Shown: piece by piece, positions 21,003 to 30,523 of the stretch | How the letters are laid out: each line of letters begins with the position of its first letter | Numbering within the stretch: position 1 is the first letter of the stretch | Assembly: GCA_963823555.1 (NCBI GenBank) | Contig: CAWGMA010000001.1 | Span: forward strand, 1,280,001 to 1,344,000 | Length of the DNA: 64,000 bases | From: Candidatus Eiseniibacteriota bacterium | GTDB taxonomy: Bacteria; Eisenbacteria; RBG-16-71-46; CAVPCR01 | Direction: 5' to 3' | Notes under the pieces: generated by a model | The model's input: only the letters and a program-made list of their open reading frames with translations | Database searches by the model: none | Told to the model about the DNA's origin: nothing | Made by a program: the position numbers and the translations under genes

Positions 21003-21688
21003 GGCTCTTGCTCCGTGTCGGGTGATGGACCCAGACCGGCCGCGGCGAAGCAGCGGGCGATGCGTTCCTTGATCTCGTTCAGCGTCCACAGCTGGAAGTC
21101 GACGTTGGAAAGGTCAGCGCGAAGCGAGTCGTAGCTGGGGCCCCAGGTGGCGAGCCAAACGGAGAAGTCATCGAGAAGAAGGGGCAGCCGGCGCCGCGCC
21201 TCGACGAAGTGGTAGAAGATGCTGCCGGTCGAGAGTTGCGGTAGGAGCTGTGCGAGCTCGGCCGGGGTCTGGGCCTGGAAACCCGTGGTGAAGATGACGA
21301 ACTGGGAGCGGAGGAAATGGAACTCCCGACCGCGCCTGGCCTGCGGGACCTCGCTGGCCTCGGCGAGGTGATCCTCGACGACATCCAGGAGCATCTGCCG
21401 CAGATCTTCGAGATCGGGGAAGTCGAGGGGATCGATGACGGCCAGGCGCTCGGCGAGAGCGGCGTCGTTCAGCTGGTCACGGGCCCAGAGGGCGAAGTCG
21501 TTGCGGAACTCGGGATCATCGAACGCCGGGCGCAGCAGCGATTCATAGAAGTGGTGGCTCAAGCTGGGAGCGGGAACGCTGGCCAGGTGATCGCGCAGTT
21601 CCCGCAGGTTCTGCGCGCTGCGGCCCGTCGAGATGATGGTGAGAGCGCAGTCCATGACCTGGAAGGGAGGAGGAGTCGAGTGGCTCAT
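20999..21688 (-). CDS. TreT-associated protein (DUF5752 / OrfY-like)
   Basis: Internal duplication (SLSHHF..NDFALW and SIFYHF..DDFSVW); directly upstream of treT. Confidence 0.75.
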   Translation of the reverse strand: MSHSTPPPFQVMDCALTIISTGRSAQNLRELRDHLASVPAPSLSHHFYESLLRPAFDDPEFRNDFALWARDQLNDAALAERLAVIDPLDFPDLEDLRQMLLDVVEDHLAEASEVPQARRGREFHFLRSQFVIFTTGFQAQTPAELAQLLPQLSTGSIFYHFVEARRRLPLLLDDFSVWLATWGPSYDSLRADLSNVDFQLWTLNEIKERIARCFAAAGLGPSPDTEQEP

Positions 21689-22416
21689 GGTCGCCTCGCG
21701 CTTGCGGGACGCGTCCTCCGCTGCGCACTGGAATCCCGGCGCTTGGCACGAGCGCGGCTCAGCGCCACGAAGCCCGGGGCCAGAGCCGCCCCCGCGCCGG
21801 CGAGCGACGCATCGGGATCCAAGGCGGCCCGCACCGAGCAGAACCCGGAGATCGAGCCGAAGAGCAACATGGCCAGAACACGCTGGGGCGGACGTCGGTC
21901 CGCGCGGGCCAGCGGCCTGGCCAGGAGATCGGCCATGCGCTCGATGTGCCGCGACAGGACGGCGCGTAGCGGGCGCCAGCGTTGCTGGTTGAACTTGAGG
22001 AGCCCCCGGACCTGATGGAAGAGACGCAAGAGGTCGGGATTGTCGGCAAAGAACTCGACATGGCCTTCGACGATGCCGGCAACCACGGCGGCGTGGGTGC
22101 GTGCGCGGCTGGTCTTGGCCATGATCCGCTCATCGAGCGCATCGAACCCGGCATTGACGACGGCGAGGACGAGCGCGTCCTTGTCGCTGAAGTAACGGTA
22201 GAGAGTCCCCTTGGCGATTCCGGCGCGGGCGGTCAAGTCCTCAATCCGCGATTCGTACAGACCGCGCTCGCTGAACAGCTCGCGGCCCGCCTGCAGAAGC
22301 TCGCTACGTGTCAGGACCTTGCGTTGTTCCCTGCGGCCACGCGGCAAGGTCGTCGCGGTCGCAGCGTGGATTCGTGATGGCACCGTCTTGCACCCAGTGG
22401 GTCCCGTCGTGATCAA
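21685..22416 (-). CDS. TetR/AcrR family transcriptional regulator
   Basis: ELFSERGLYESRIEDLTARAGIAKGTLYRYFSDK helix-turn-helix. Start uncertain (TTG 22416 or GTG 22383). Confidence 0.9.
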   Translation of the reverse strand: MITTGPTGCKTVPSRIHAATATTLPRGRREQRKVLTRSELLQAGRELFSERGLYESRIEDLTARAGIAKGTLYRYFSDKDALVLAVVNAGFDALDERIMAKTSRARTHAAVVAGIVEGHVEFFADNPDLLRLFHQVRGLLKFNQQRWRPLRAVLSRHIERMADLLARPLARADRRPPQRVLAMLLFGSISGFCSVRAALDPDASLAGAGAALAPGFVALSRARAKRRDSSAQRRTRPASARRP

Positions 22417-22417
22417 G

Positions 22418-22469
22418 ATGACCGTCGGGTCATCTATGACTGATGGGTCATAAATGACTGCTTGGTCAT
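22418..22469. promoter_or_regulatory. Three tandem palindromic operators ATGAC-N6-GTCAT with 18-bp period; putative TetR binding array
   Basis: ATGACcgtcggGTCAT (22418-33), ATGACtgatggGTCAT (22436-51), ATGACtgcttgGTCAT (22454-69), directly upstream of tetR. Confidence 0.8.
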
Positions 22470-22496
22470 TTTGTCACTGGCCTGGTGGATGGTCAA
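22468..22496 (-). promoter_or_regulatory. sigma70-type promoter of the tetR-trehalose operon
   Basis: Minus strand TTGACC-N17-CAAAAT with TG extended -10; the -10 element abuts the third operator. Confidence 0.55.
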
Positions 22497-23841
22497 GTCG
22501 CGATCGAGATCCGCCTGAGCGGCGAGCCGGAGCAAGACCCACATCGACGTCGAAGGGAAGCGAGAAGCCACGCGCGCGTCCCACTTCGTGCCCTCCGGTT
22601 GTGAGTTTGGCAATCGCTCCCGTCTCGGACTCGACGACCCAGATCCCGGCGTCCACGGGATCGACGGCGAGGCCGAGGGGATGGGAGAAGCCGCTGACCC
22701 GGACGATGAGATCGATACGCCCTCCATGCGTGGTGTAGCGCTCGATGGTGCCGCCCGCGAAGCTACCGACCCATAGATCCTCCGTGCTCTGGTGCACGGC
22801 GATGCCGAACGGCCGTGGTACGGGGGAGATGGCCTGGCTGATCCTCCCGTCTGGATGGAGGCGCAGGACGCGGTCGAGATCATAGTCGGCGATCCAGCAC
22901 GATGTGTCGGCATGGACGGCTGCGAGCTGCAGCGGCTGGCCGAAGCCGCCGACACGAAGGAGGAGAGTGCCGTCGGCGGCGACGCGCAGGACCTCGCCGC
23001 GGGTCCCGTCGGCAGCCCAGGCCGTGCCGTCGGATGGGTTGGCGGCCACGTCGGTCGGTTCCGCGAGGCCAGAGAACCGCCCCAGAACGTCGCCGCCCGG
23101 GCTCAAGTGGGTGACGCTGCTATCGCGCTCGTCCGCCACCCAGATCGTACCGTCGGCGGGCGAGACCGAGACCGCCTTCGGCACGACGAACCCTCCCACC
23201 TCCCGCACCGTGGCGCCCGCGCTGTCGAGGGCGACGATGCGCCTGTTGAAGGAGTCGGCAATCCAGACCAGTCCATCGCGTGGACTCACGGCGACCGAGT
23301 TGGGCGAGCGGAATCCGCCGCGACGGAAGGCGACGGCACGACCATCGGGTGCGACACGGACCACCTCGAACCCCCCGGTGTCGGCTACCCAGACTTGCTG
23401 TGGGCCCGGTGTCGCCACCGCGGGGCCGTCGCTCATGAGCTCGCGGCCGTCCACGAGGTGGGGGACGAGGAGGTAGGTGTACTCGCTGCCGTTGTCCAGG
23501 TCGCCATCGCGGTAAGACCCCGTGAGCGGGCCCACCGTGAAGACCATCGAGTCCCGGCCGGCCGTGCTGCGGATGAGGTGGAAGGAACCGAGATCAGGAA
23601 AGTCCTGCACATCCCATCGCAGATTCACCGCGTGGTTCTCCGCGACGGCGGTGAAGCGCCAGGGCACGCCCGCCGTCTCCGGGTTCTCAGGATCGAGTGG
23701 ATTGAGATGCTCCCGATCGCTGCAGGCGACAGCGGCGAGCAGGCCAGCGACCATGAGGGTGCAAGGGATCTGGATGCGGCTGCTGGTCCGGGGCCGCTGG
23801 CCTCGGCTGCAGTGTGCTTGAGGCCGGTTCAGAAGCGCCAT
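22474..23841 (-). CDS. Lipoprotein with an FN3-like domain and NHL-repeat beta-propeller
   Basis: LLAAVAC lipobox, NPLDPEN, repeated P-x-x-V-A-V..DG..WIAD units. The true start is probably nearer MVAGLL. Confidence 0.75.
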   Translation of the reverse strand: MALLNRPQAHCSRGQRPRTSSRIQIPCTLMVAGLLAAVACSDREHLNPLDPENPETAGVPWRFTAVAENHAVNLRWDVQDFPDLGSFHLIRSTAGRDSMVFTVGPLTGSYRDGDLDNGSEYTYLLVPHLVDGRELMSDGPAVATPGPQQVWVADTGGFEVVRVAPDGRAVAFRRGGFRSPNSVAVSPRDGLVWIADSFNRRIVALDSAGATVREVGGFVVPKAVSVSPADGTIWVADERDSSVTHLSPGGDVLGRFSGLAEPTDVAANPSDGTAWAADGTRGEVLRVAADGTLLLRVGGFGQPLQLAAVHADTSCWIADYDLDRVLRLHPDGRISQAISPVPRPFGIAVHQSTEDLWVGSFAGGTIERYTTHGGRIDLIVRVSGFSHPLGLAVDPVDAGIWVVESETGAIAKLTTGGHEVGRARGFSLPFDVDVGLAPARRSGGSRSRLDHPPGQ

Positions 23842-24329
23842 TGGACAGCGAGCCCTCCTCGCGTCGGCACGAGCTCGGGGAGGGGCTGGCCGGCGGCTTC
23901 GGGACGGGAGGCGTCTGCCGCCTGATCGGACGAGTCGGCTGTGAAGCCCTGATCCTCCTCGGCTGGGGCCACGAAGAAGCCGAGGTATAGCGTGGCCAGG
24001 AAGAGCGCCTCGCTGGTGACGAAGAGCACCGCAGCGCGGTTGTCGAGGTCCTCGGTTTCGCGATAGAGCGCCTGAATGCGTTCGGGATCAGCGGTGCGCT
24101 GGTATTCGTCATAGCGGCTGTTGGCCGCGCTACGGGAGACGATGGCACCGATACCGCAGGCGGCGGCGCCGCCACCCGCGGCGATGAGCAAGGCGCGGCG
24201 ATGGCGGGAGAGAAAGGACGGCCGGGGCGCGGGGGTCTGGTCCGCGTCCGGTGCGGCGTGGGCCAGCGGACCGGACGCGAGAACGGTACTGAGGAAGATT
24301 GCGACGAGGACTCGGGGCCTGGGCCCCAC
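23829..24329 (-). CDS. Hypothetical secreted/membrane protein
   Basis: Signal peptide (AHA), two hydrophobic segments, C-terminal GLAVQWRF. Confidence 0.6.
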   Translation of the reverse strand: MGPRPRVLVAIFLSTVLASGPLAHAAPDADQTPAPRPSFLSRHRRALLIAAGGGAAACGIGAIVSRSAANSRYDEYQRTADPERIQALYRETEDLDNRAAVLFVTSEALFLATLYLGFFVAPAEEDQGFTADSSDQAADASRPEAAGQPLPELVPTRGGLAVQWRF

Positions 24330-24332
24330 GCG

Positions 24333-24593
24333 TTACTTGCTCTGCGCGGCCTTGTTCAGCCGCTTGGCGAGGCGGGACTTCTTGCGGTCAGCGCGGCCCT
24401 TGGGAATGACGCCTTTCGAAGCAGCCCGATCGAGTGCGGACATGGCGTCATTGAAGGCCGGGGCGGCCTCCGCGCCATCCGTGTTCTCCGCCATCTTGAG
24501 GACTCCCTTGAGCCGCGACTTGGTGGCGCGGTTCCGGAGGCGGGCTTTCTCGCTGGTGCGCAGGCGCTTGGTTGCCGACTTGTGATGCGGCAT
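24333..24593 (-). CDS. rpsT: 30S ribosomal protein S20
   Basis: MPHHKSATKRLRTSEKARLRNRATKSRLK..DRAASKGVIPKGRADRKKSRLAK. Confidence 0.95.
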   Translation of the reverse strand: MPHHKSATKRLRTSEKARLRNRATKSRLKGVLKMAENTDGAEAAPAFNDAMSALDRAASKGVIPKGRADRKKSRLAKRLNKAAQSK

Positions 24594-24880
24594 CGGTTCG
24601 GTCTTCCTCCTCTTGGCTCGACCCGGGGGCCTGCCCCGTTCAGGTCGATGGGTTCCGGCTGGTGGTTTCGACCAGCCCCTCCTGCCGCACCCCGGGTCTC
24701 GAGCAAGGACGCGGAAAGGACCAGAGAATCTAGCAGGGAGGCAGAGAGCCGTCAATGGGGCGCCCAGGGGCAAATGGGCAAGCGCCGCGCCGGGGAGGGG
24801 GGCTCCGCTGGCCGGGCCCCGCCTGGGCAGGGGCCGCCCCTTTCTTGATCGGCGGCGAGAGAGGGTGGTAGCTTGGCGCC

Positions 24881-25297
24881 ATGTCATCGCCCGTGGTGGT
24901 TGCGAGGGAGCGCGTGCGCTATGCCGAGACCGACGGTATGGGCGTGGCCTACAATTCCAACTTCCTTGTCTGGTTCGAGATCGGGCGCACATCGTACATG
25001 CGGGACATGGGGTTTCCGTACCGCGAGCTGGAGGCCGCCGGGTATTTCATGCCCGTATCCGGATTCAGGGCCGAGCTCCGCGAACCACTCGTCTACGACG
25101 ACGAGTTCGAGATCCACACCCGGGTGAGCCGGATCCGCTCCCGGCAGGTCGACTTTGTCTATGAGATCCGGCGTGATGGACGTCTGATCGCCACTGGAGA
25201 GACCAGTCACATCTGCGTCGATCGATCTCGGCGATCGCTCGCGTTGCCCCCGCAAATCCGGGCTCGGCTCCTGCCGAGCCCGGCGGCATCCGAGTAG
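24881..25297 (+). CDS. Acyl-CoA thioesterase (YbgC/FadM hot-dog fold)
   Basis: RVRYAETDGMGVAYNSNFLVWFEIGR. Confidence 0.9.
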   Translation: MSSPVVVARERVRYAETDGMGVAYNSNFLVWFEIGRTSYMRDMGFPYRELEAAGYFMPVSGFRAELREPLVYDDEFEIHTRVSRIRSRQVDFVYEIRRDGRLIATGETSHICVDRSRRSLALPPQIRARLLPSPAASE

Positions 25298-25303
25298 CCG
25301 GCC

Positions 25304-26266
25304 GTGGCGCGGACGACACCGATACCCTCTCGACCTCCACGGCGCCGGGACTCCGAAGCCCGGGCGCGGCTTGCCGCATTCCTCGATCACCTCGCCCTCG
25401 AGAGACGCTTATCACCCAATTCCGTCGAGGCTTATCAGCGTGATCTGATCCGTTTTCTGGATTCGATCGGGGTTGCGAGTGAACATGAACTCGCGGACCT
25501 TGGTTACAGGCACGTGGCTGAGCACATGAGAGTGCTGGCCGAGGCCGGACTCAAGGCCTCATCGGTGGCGCGCCATCAGTCGGCGATCCGGGGCTTCCTG
25601 GCCTACCTGGTCAGCCAGGGCGTCCTGGCCCGGAATCCAGCTGCCGATCTCGGGCGGCCACGCACGCAGCGCCGGCTGCCGCGAACCATATCGGTCGAGG
25701 AGATCGAGGTCCTTCTCGCCCAGCCCGATCCGGCGACCGTTCTGGGTTGTCGGGACGCGGCTCTGCTGGAGGTGCTCTACGCCACGGGCATCCGCGTTTC
25801 AGAGGCCACGACGCTCACGGGAGCCTCCCTCAAGATGGACCAGGGGTATCTCGTGTGTTTCGGAAAGGGTGGCAAGGAGCGGGCCGTACCGCTTGGGAAG
25901 CCAGCCATCGCGGCCGTGCACAGGTACCTGGAGGGGAGCCGCCCGGTCCTCCTGAAGCGCCGGCCTGGGGGCCGGGGAGAGCCACCGTTGTTCCTCAACC
26001 ACCGTGGCGGGGGGCTGACGCGGGCCGGGGTCTTCGAGATCATCAAGCGCCATGCCCGGGCGGCCGGTCTCCTCCGCCCCGGGCGACCGATCGGGCCGCA
26101 CCTGCTCCGCCATGCCTTTGCTACCCATCTCCTCATGGGTGGAGCCGATCTACGGGTGGTCCAGGACCTCCTCGGTCATGCCTCGATCACGACCACCCAG
26201 GTGTACACCCACGTTGAGCGCGACGCCCTGCGCGAGGTTCATTCCCGCTTCCACCCCCGGGGCTGA
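25304..26266 (+). CDS. xerD: Tyrosine recombinase XerD
   Basis: LYATGIRVSE, GKGGKER, PHLLRHAFATHLL..GADLRVVQDLLGHASITTTQVYTHV..HPRG. Confidence 0.88.
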   Translation: MARTTPIPSRPPRRRDSEARARLAAFLDHLALERRLSPNSVEAYQRDLIRFLDSIGVASEHELADLGYRHVAEHMRVLAEAGLKASSVARHQSAIRGFLAYLVSQGVLARNPAADLGRPRTQRRLPRTISVEEIEVLLAQPDPATVLGCRDAALLEVLYATGIRVSEATTLTGASLKMDQGYLVCFGKGGKERAVPLGKPAIAAVHRYLEGSRPVLLKRRPGGRGEPPLFLNHRGGGLTRAGVFEIIKRHARAAGLLRPGRPIGPHLLRHAFATHLLMGGADLRVVQDLLGHASITTTQVYTHVERDALREVHSRFHPRG

Positions 26267-26354
26267 TACACTTTTCCGTTCCGGTGAATACCCCCCCCGG
26301 GGTCGGGATGGCGAGGCCCTACCAGGCTCCCCCAGCAACAAGGAGGGACCGGGC

Positions 26355-27002
26355 GTGACGAGAGCCACAGCGAGTTCGCGCGCTGGATCAGTCGGCGGCG
26401 GTCCCGTGCACCGCGTGCAGCCGCCCGCGGTCCGTGTGGGGCTCCTGACCGCAGCGGTGGCCGCATTGCTTTGCCTGGCTGGTTCGGCCTCGGCCCAGGA
26501 GCGGCCCGGGACCCTGAGCCTGGGTATCCAGGGGCAGTACGGCTTCATCTTCGGCCCCTCGGATTTCTCTGAGGACTTCAACAATGGCGCCGGGTTCGGC
26601 GTGCGCATTCGCTATGCGCTCGGCGGGCCCCAGGCCTTCGGCATTTCGTTCGAGAGCCAGACCTTCGGTCCGACCCCGGAGCCGGGGGACGAGAACCCGC
26701 CCAGGGATCTCAGGCTCGCCAACGTCTCGGTCGAGTACCTGCGCTACTTCAATCGCGGGCAGGGTCGGTCGCAGTATGCCGTGTTCGGGGGAGGTCTCTT
26801 CCATCCGACCGAGGTGCGAGAGCGAGGGGTCGCGGCCGTCTCTGATGGGCTCTTGCTGGTGGGTGGTGCCGGTGTCGAGATCTTCGTGCGGAGAACGACG
26901 GCAGTGGACCTGTCGCTGCGAGTGAACGGCCTCCTGGGAGGGGATGCCTTTTCGGCCACCGTGGAAGCAGCGGCCGGCTTTCACTTCTACCTCATCAAGT
27001 GA
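26355..27002 (+). CDS. Outer-membrane beta-barrel protein
   Basis: Signal peptide (ASAQE), alternating amphipathic strands, C-terminal GFHFY; AGGAGG RBS. Confidence 0.7.
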   Translation: MTRATASSRAGSVGGGPVHRVQPPAVRVGLLTAAVAALLCLAGSASAQERPGTLSLGIQGQYGFIFGPSDFSEDFNNGAGFGVRIRYALGGPQAFGISFESQTFGPTPEPGDENPPRDLRLANVSVEYLRYFNRGQGRSQYAVFGGGLFHPTEVRERGVAAVSDGLLLVGGAGVEIFVRRTTAVDLSLRVNGLLGGDAFSATVEAAAGFHFYLIK

Positions 27003-27077
27003 AAGCGAAACGGCGCTCGACGGGCGCCGCGAGGGAGCGATAGCAACAGGGATGCAGCACGAGGGTTGGCTTCGGTC

Positions 27078-29288
27078 ATGAGCGCACGGCCTCGCTTTCG
27101 CGTCGGCGAGCGACTGATTCACTCGCGCTTCGGCACCGGGCTCGTGGTCGAGGTCCGCGAGCGTGGCTTCTACGACATCCTGGAAGTCGCTTTCGACGAC
27201 GACGTCCGGCGCCTGACCTCGATTCATCCCGACATCGTCGGCCGGGAGCCGATGCCGGGCGAGGACGTGCACGGGCCTCGGTCCGTGTCAGCGGGGGAAG
27301 GTGGTCCGGGACCCTCGCCTGCGGTCAAGGCGAACTCCACCCCGGCGAGCCCAGTGGCGGTCGAGGCGGAGACCGGATCACGGGTTCCTCCTGAGGCCGA
27401 GCGGGAAGACCGTGGGTCGGAGACATCTGGACCTCAGGGCACCACAGAGGCGCTCCATGCTGCGTCGCGGCAGCGGGCGGCGGCGATCATCGCCGCCGAG
27501 GAGAAGGCCAAGGATGCGGTCGCAACGCGGCGGCCGCGGCGCCGGAGCCCGTTCGCGCACCCGGCACTCACGCTCGACCGCACTCACATCTCGCTGCTCG
27601 GCAGGCACCGCCGCGCGCATTTCGATCCCTACCGCGAAGTTCGGCTGCGCCTCATGGCCGAGGAGCTTGTGGCGCGACGCGCCTCGAGCGAGCTCGTTGC
27701 GGTCGACACCATGCGCGATGTCATTCGCTACGCTCATCAGGAGCACGCCGTGCGGCGGGTGATGGATGAGATGCGGGGGCGCGCGCTGCTCGCCGACGAG
27801 GTCGGGCTCGGCAAGACGATCGAGGCCGGCATGATCCTCACGGAGTACGTGCTGCGCGGTCTCGTGCGGCGGGCATTGATCCTGGTGCCGGCCGCACTGC
27901 AGCGGCAGTGGCGCGATGAGCTCCGGCTCAAGTTCGGGCTCAGCTTCCACATTCGCCGCCGAGGCGAGCGTTTCCGGGGGCATCCCTTCCTCATCACGAC
28001 ACTCGACACCGCACGGGTGTCGCGTAATCAGGAAGAGATCCTCGCCGAGAACTACGATATCGTCGTCGTCGACGAGGCGCATCGACTCAAGAATCACCGC
28101 ACGCTCAGCTATGGGTTCGCCGCCGCTCTGGCCAGCCGCCGGCTCCTGCTCTTGACAGCGACTCCGGTGCACAACGACCTGCGCGAGCTCTACAACCTGG
28201 TGACTCTGCTCAAGCCCGGCGTCCTGGGCACGGCCAGCGAGTTCCGCCGGGGTCACATCGCGCGGGGCGACAAGCGGATGCCGCGGAATCCGCAGCTCCT
28301 CGGCCGGCGGCTGCGCCAGGTGATGGTGCGCACGCGGCGGGAGGACACGGCGATCCCGTTTCCCCGGCGCACGGCCGAGACCGTGCTCGTGCCGCTGACC
28401 CCGGAGGAACGCGCGCTCTACGACGATGTGACGCGCTTCGTGCGCCACACCTGTCGCGACCAGGACCTGCGGCGAGCGGCCGCGGGGTGGCATCTGACAC
28501 TTCTCGTGTTGCAGAAGGAGATCGGCAGTTCATCCCGCGCCGCGGTGCATACCCTGGAGCGGCTCAAGGCTCGGGCCCCGCAGGCCGAGGTGAGGGCGGA
28601 GGCCGAGGCGCTGGCCGAGCGGGCGCGGACCATTCAGGCCGCAAGCAAACTGACGCGGCTCCTGGATATCGTCTCGGCCGTAGACGACAAGGCCATCGTC
28701 TTCACCCAGTTCCGCGGCACGCTGCACTATATCGCCGATGCCCTGCGCGAGCGCGGTCTCGAGGTGGTCACCTTCTACGGAGGCATGACCGATGCCCAGC
28801 GGGAGGAGGCGGTCCAGCGCTTCCGCCAGTCGGCGCGCATCTTCGTTTCCACCGATGCCGGTGGTGAGGGCGGAAACCTGCAGTTCTGCCGGCGCGTGAT
28901 CAACTTCGACCTGCCGTGGAATCCGATGAAGGTCGAGCAACGCATCGGGCGCGTGCATCGACTGGGGCAGGAACGCGACGTCTTCGTACACAATTTCTCG
29001 GCGCAAGCGACCCTCGAGGCCCGCGTGCTCGAGATCCTGCAGCTCAAGCTCAACATGTTCGAGCTCGTGGTGGGCGAGCTGGATCTGATCCTCGGCAACT
29101 ACCCGGAGGCTCCCGCCATCGAGGAGACCGTGTTCAAGATCTGGACCGCGAGCGAGGACGAGCAGGAGATCGATCACGGCTTTCGCAAGCTCGGAGAGGA
29201 GCTCGTGGTCGCGCGCGAGCGCTATGAGCGCATCCGGGAACTTGACCGGGAGATCTTCGATCTCCTGCGCACGGAGATCGGCGAATGA
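27078..29288 (+). CDS. SNF2/RapA-family helicase (YqhH-like) with an N-terminal Tudor-like domain
   Basis: LADEVGLGKTIEAG, DEAH, TATP, GGEGGNLQ, EQRIGRVHRLGQ. Confidence 0.9.
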   Translation: MSARPRFRVGERLIHSRFGTGLVVEVRERGFYDILEVAFDDDVRRLTSIHPDIVGREPMPGEDVHGPRSVSAGEGGPGPSPAVKANSTPASPVAVEAETGSRVPPEAEREDRGSETSGPQGTTEALHAASRQRAAAIIAAEEKAKDAVATRRPRRRSPFAHPALTLDRTHISLLGRHRRAHFDPYREVRLRLMAEELVARRASSELVAVDTMRDVIRYAHQEHAVRRVMDEMRGRALLADEVGLGKTIEAGMILTEYVLRGLVRRALILVPAALQRQWRDELRLKFGLSFHIRRRGERFRGHPFLITTLDTARVSRNQEEILAENYDIVVVDEAHRLKNHRTLSYGFAAALASRRLLLLTATPVHNDLRELYNLVTLLKPGVLGTASEFRRGHIARGDKRMPRNPQLLGRRLRQVMVRTRREDTAIPFPRRTAETVLVPLTPEERALYDDVTRFVRHTCRDQDLRRAAAGWHLTLLVLQKEIGSSSRAAVHTLERLKARAPQAEVRAEAEALAERARTIQAASKLTRLLDIVSAVDDKAIVFTQFRGTLHYIADALRERGLEVVTFYGGMTDAQREEAVQRFRQSARIFVSTDAGGEGGNLQFCRRVINFDLPWNPMKVEQRIGRVHRLGQERDVFVHNFSAQATLEARVLEILQLKLNMFELVVGELDLILGNYPEAPAIEETVFKIWTASEDEQEIDHGFRKLGEELVVARERYERIRELDREIFDLLRTEIGE

Positions 29289-30451
29289 CGACGTCGAGCG
29301 CGGCGGATCGCGAGCGTTTCGTGCGCGATTTTCTCCGCTTTCACGGGGCGAAGCTCGTGGGCCCGCTCCGCGGTCCCTTCACGGCCGAGCTGCCGCCGGC
29401 ACTGGCGCGGCGGCTCAAGGCCCGCGAGCCCACGTTCGTGTTCCGGGCCGCGGACCTGGCTGAGCACCCGGGAGCCGTGCTCGTCGCGCCGGGCAATCCG
29501 ATCTTCGATCGCATGTTGCGCATCGCCCGTGGGGGAGGGGCGGTGAGCCGCCGCTACCTGCGGCCGGATCGCGAGCTGGATCCAGCGGCTGTCCTGGCCG
29601 GGATCGCGCCTGGAGGCCGCATGATCCTCGGCGAGGCGATCTACCGCCCGCGCGTGCTCTTCACCTTTCGCATCGCCTACCGAGCCTTCGACGGCTTCGA
29701 TGAGATTCGGGCCATCATGGTCGACGTGCCGGCCGGTGCGCTGACCGGAGCGCGCGCCCAGGATGGCCGTGACTTCTTTCGCAATCTGAACCTCGCCGAC
29801 GAGCCGGATCCGCAGGTTGCAACACGCCCGGACATCGACCTGAGCGCCCTGCACGGACTGGCCCTGGCCGCGCTGGAGACCCGGCTCGGGCCCCAGGTGG
29901 GGAAGTTCGCGCAGCGGGCTGACGCGCTCCTCGCCCGGGAGAACGAGCGGCTCCAGGAGTTCTACCTGGCGCTCATCGAAGAAGAGAAGGTTCGTCTCCA
30001 GAAGCGGGGGGGCCGCGCCGCCGTCGCCGCGGTGCCCCGCAAGCTCGAGTGGCTGAAGCGCGCGCAGCGTGAGATGCGTCTGTTCGCCCCCGAGGTGCGA
30101 GTGAGCCTGCTCGGCCTGGAGGAGATCTGGGTGCCCATTCGCCTGCTCGCAGGCTCGGGCGCGGAGGGGGAGGAGCCTCTCGGCGAGCTCGACCTGGCCA
30201 CCGGCGAGGTGCGGGCCATCGTCTGTCAGGCCTGCGGCGATCCGGTCGCCGAAACCGTGGTGTGCGCTGGCGGGCACCTCGTCTGCGGGCGCTGCCGGCG
30301 GAGCTGCGAGCGCTGTGGCGCGGCGACCTGCCCGCGGTGTGCCGGGCCGGCCGTTGTCGGGTCTCCGGGCGTGTGCTACGATGCCCCGTCTCTCGATCCC
30401 AGTGGAAGCGTGCATTGCCCGGCCTGTGCCGAGGCCAGCCGCCCGGGCTAG
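29285..30451 (+). CDS. YqhG-like SNF2 partner protein with a C-terminal multi-Cys zinc-binding region
   Basis: ATGA overlap with the SNF2 gene; helical ERLQEFY segment; CQAC..CAGGHLVCGRC..CERC..CPRC..HCPAC. Confidence 0.6.
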   Translation: MTTSSAADRERFVRDFLRFHGAKLVGPLRGPFTAELPPALARRLKAREPTFVFRAADLAEHPGAVLVAPGNPIFDRMLRIARGGGAVSRRYLRPDRELDPAAVLAGIAPGGRMILGEAIYRPRVLFTFRIAYRAFDGFDEIRAIMVDVPAGALTGARAQDGRDFFRNLNLADEPDPQVATRPDIDLSALHGLALAALETRLGPQVGKFAQRADALLARENERLQEFYLALIEEEKVRLQKRGGRAAVAAVPRKLEWLKRAQREMRLFAPEVRVSLLGLEEIWVPIRLLAGSGAEGEEPLGELDLATGEVRAIVCQACGDPVAETVVCAGGHLVCGRCRRSCERCGAATCPRCAGPAVVGSPGVCYDAPSLDPSGSVHCPACAEASRPG

Positions 30452-30523
30452 ACGGCAACACCCCGGCATCCTCTCTCAGCCAGCAGCCAGGCGGCTGCTC
30501 AGCCGGGCGACCAAGGAGTATCC

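Noticed and set aside
22418..22469. Mini CRISPR or iteron interpretation of the 18-bp repeats
   Set aside because: Units are short palindromes with 2-nt gaps, and no cas or rep genes are present; an operator fits better.
25304..26266. Tyrosine recombinase as a phage or island integrase
   Set aside because: XerD-type C-terminal motifs, housekeeping neighbours, and no att repeats or cargo seen.
27078..30451. SNF2 pair as an anti-phage system (DISARM/BREX-like)
   Set aside because: No methylase, nuclease, PLD or DUF1998 genes nearby; host-like composition and context.
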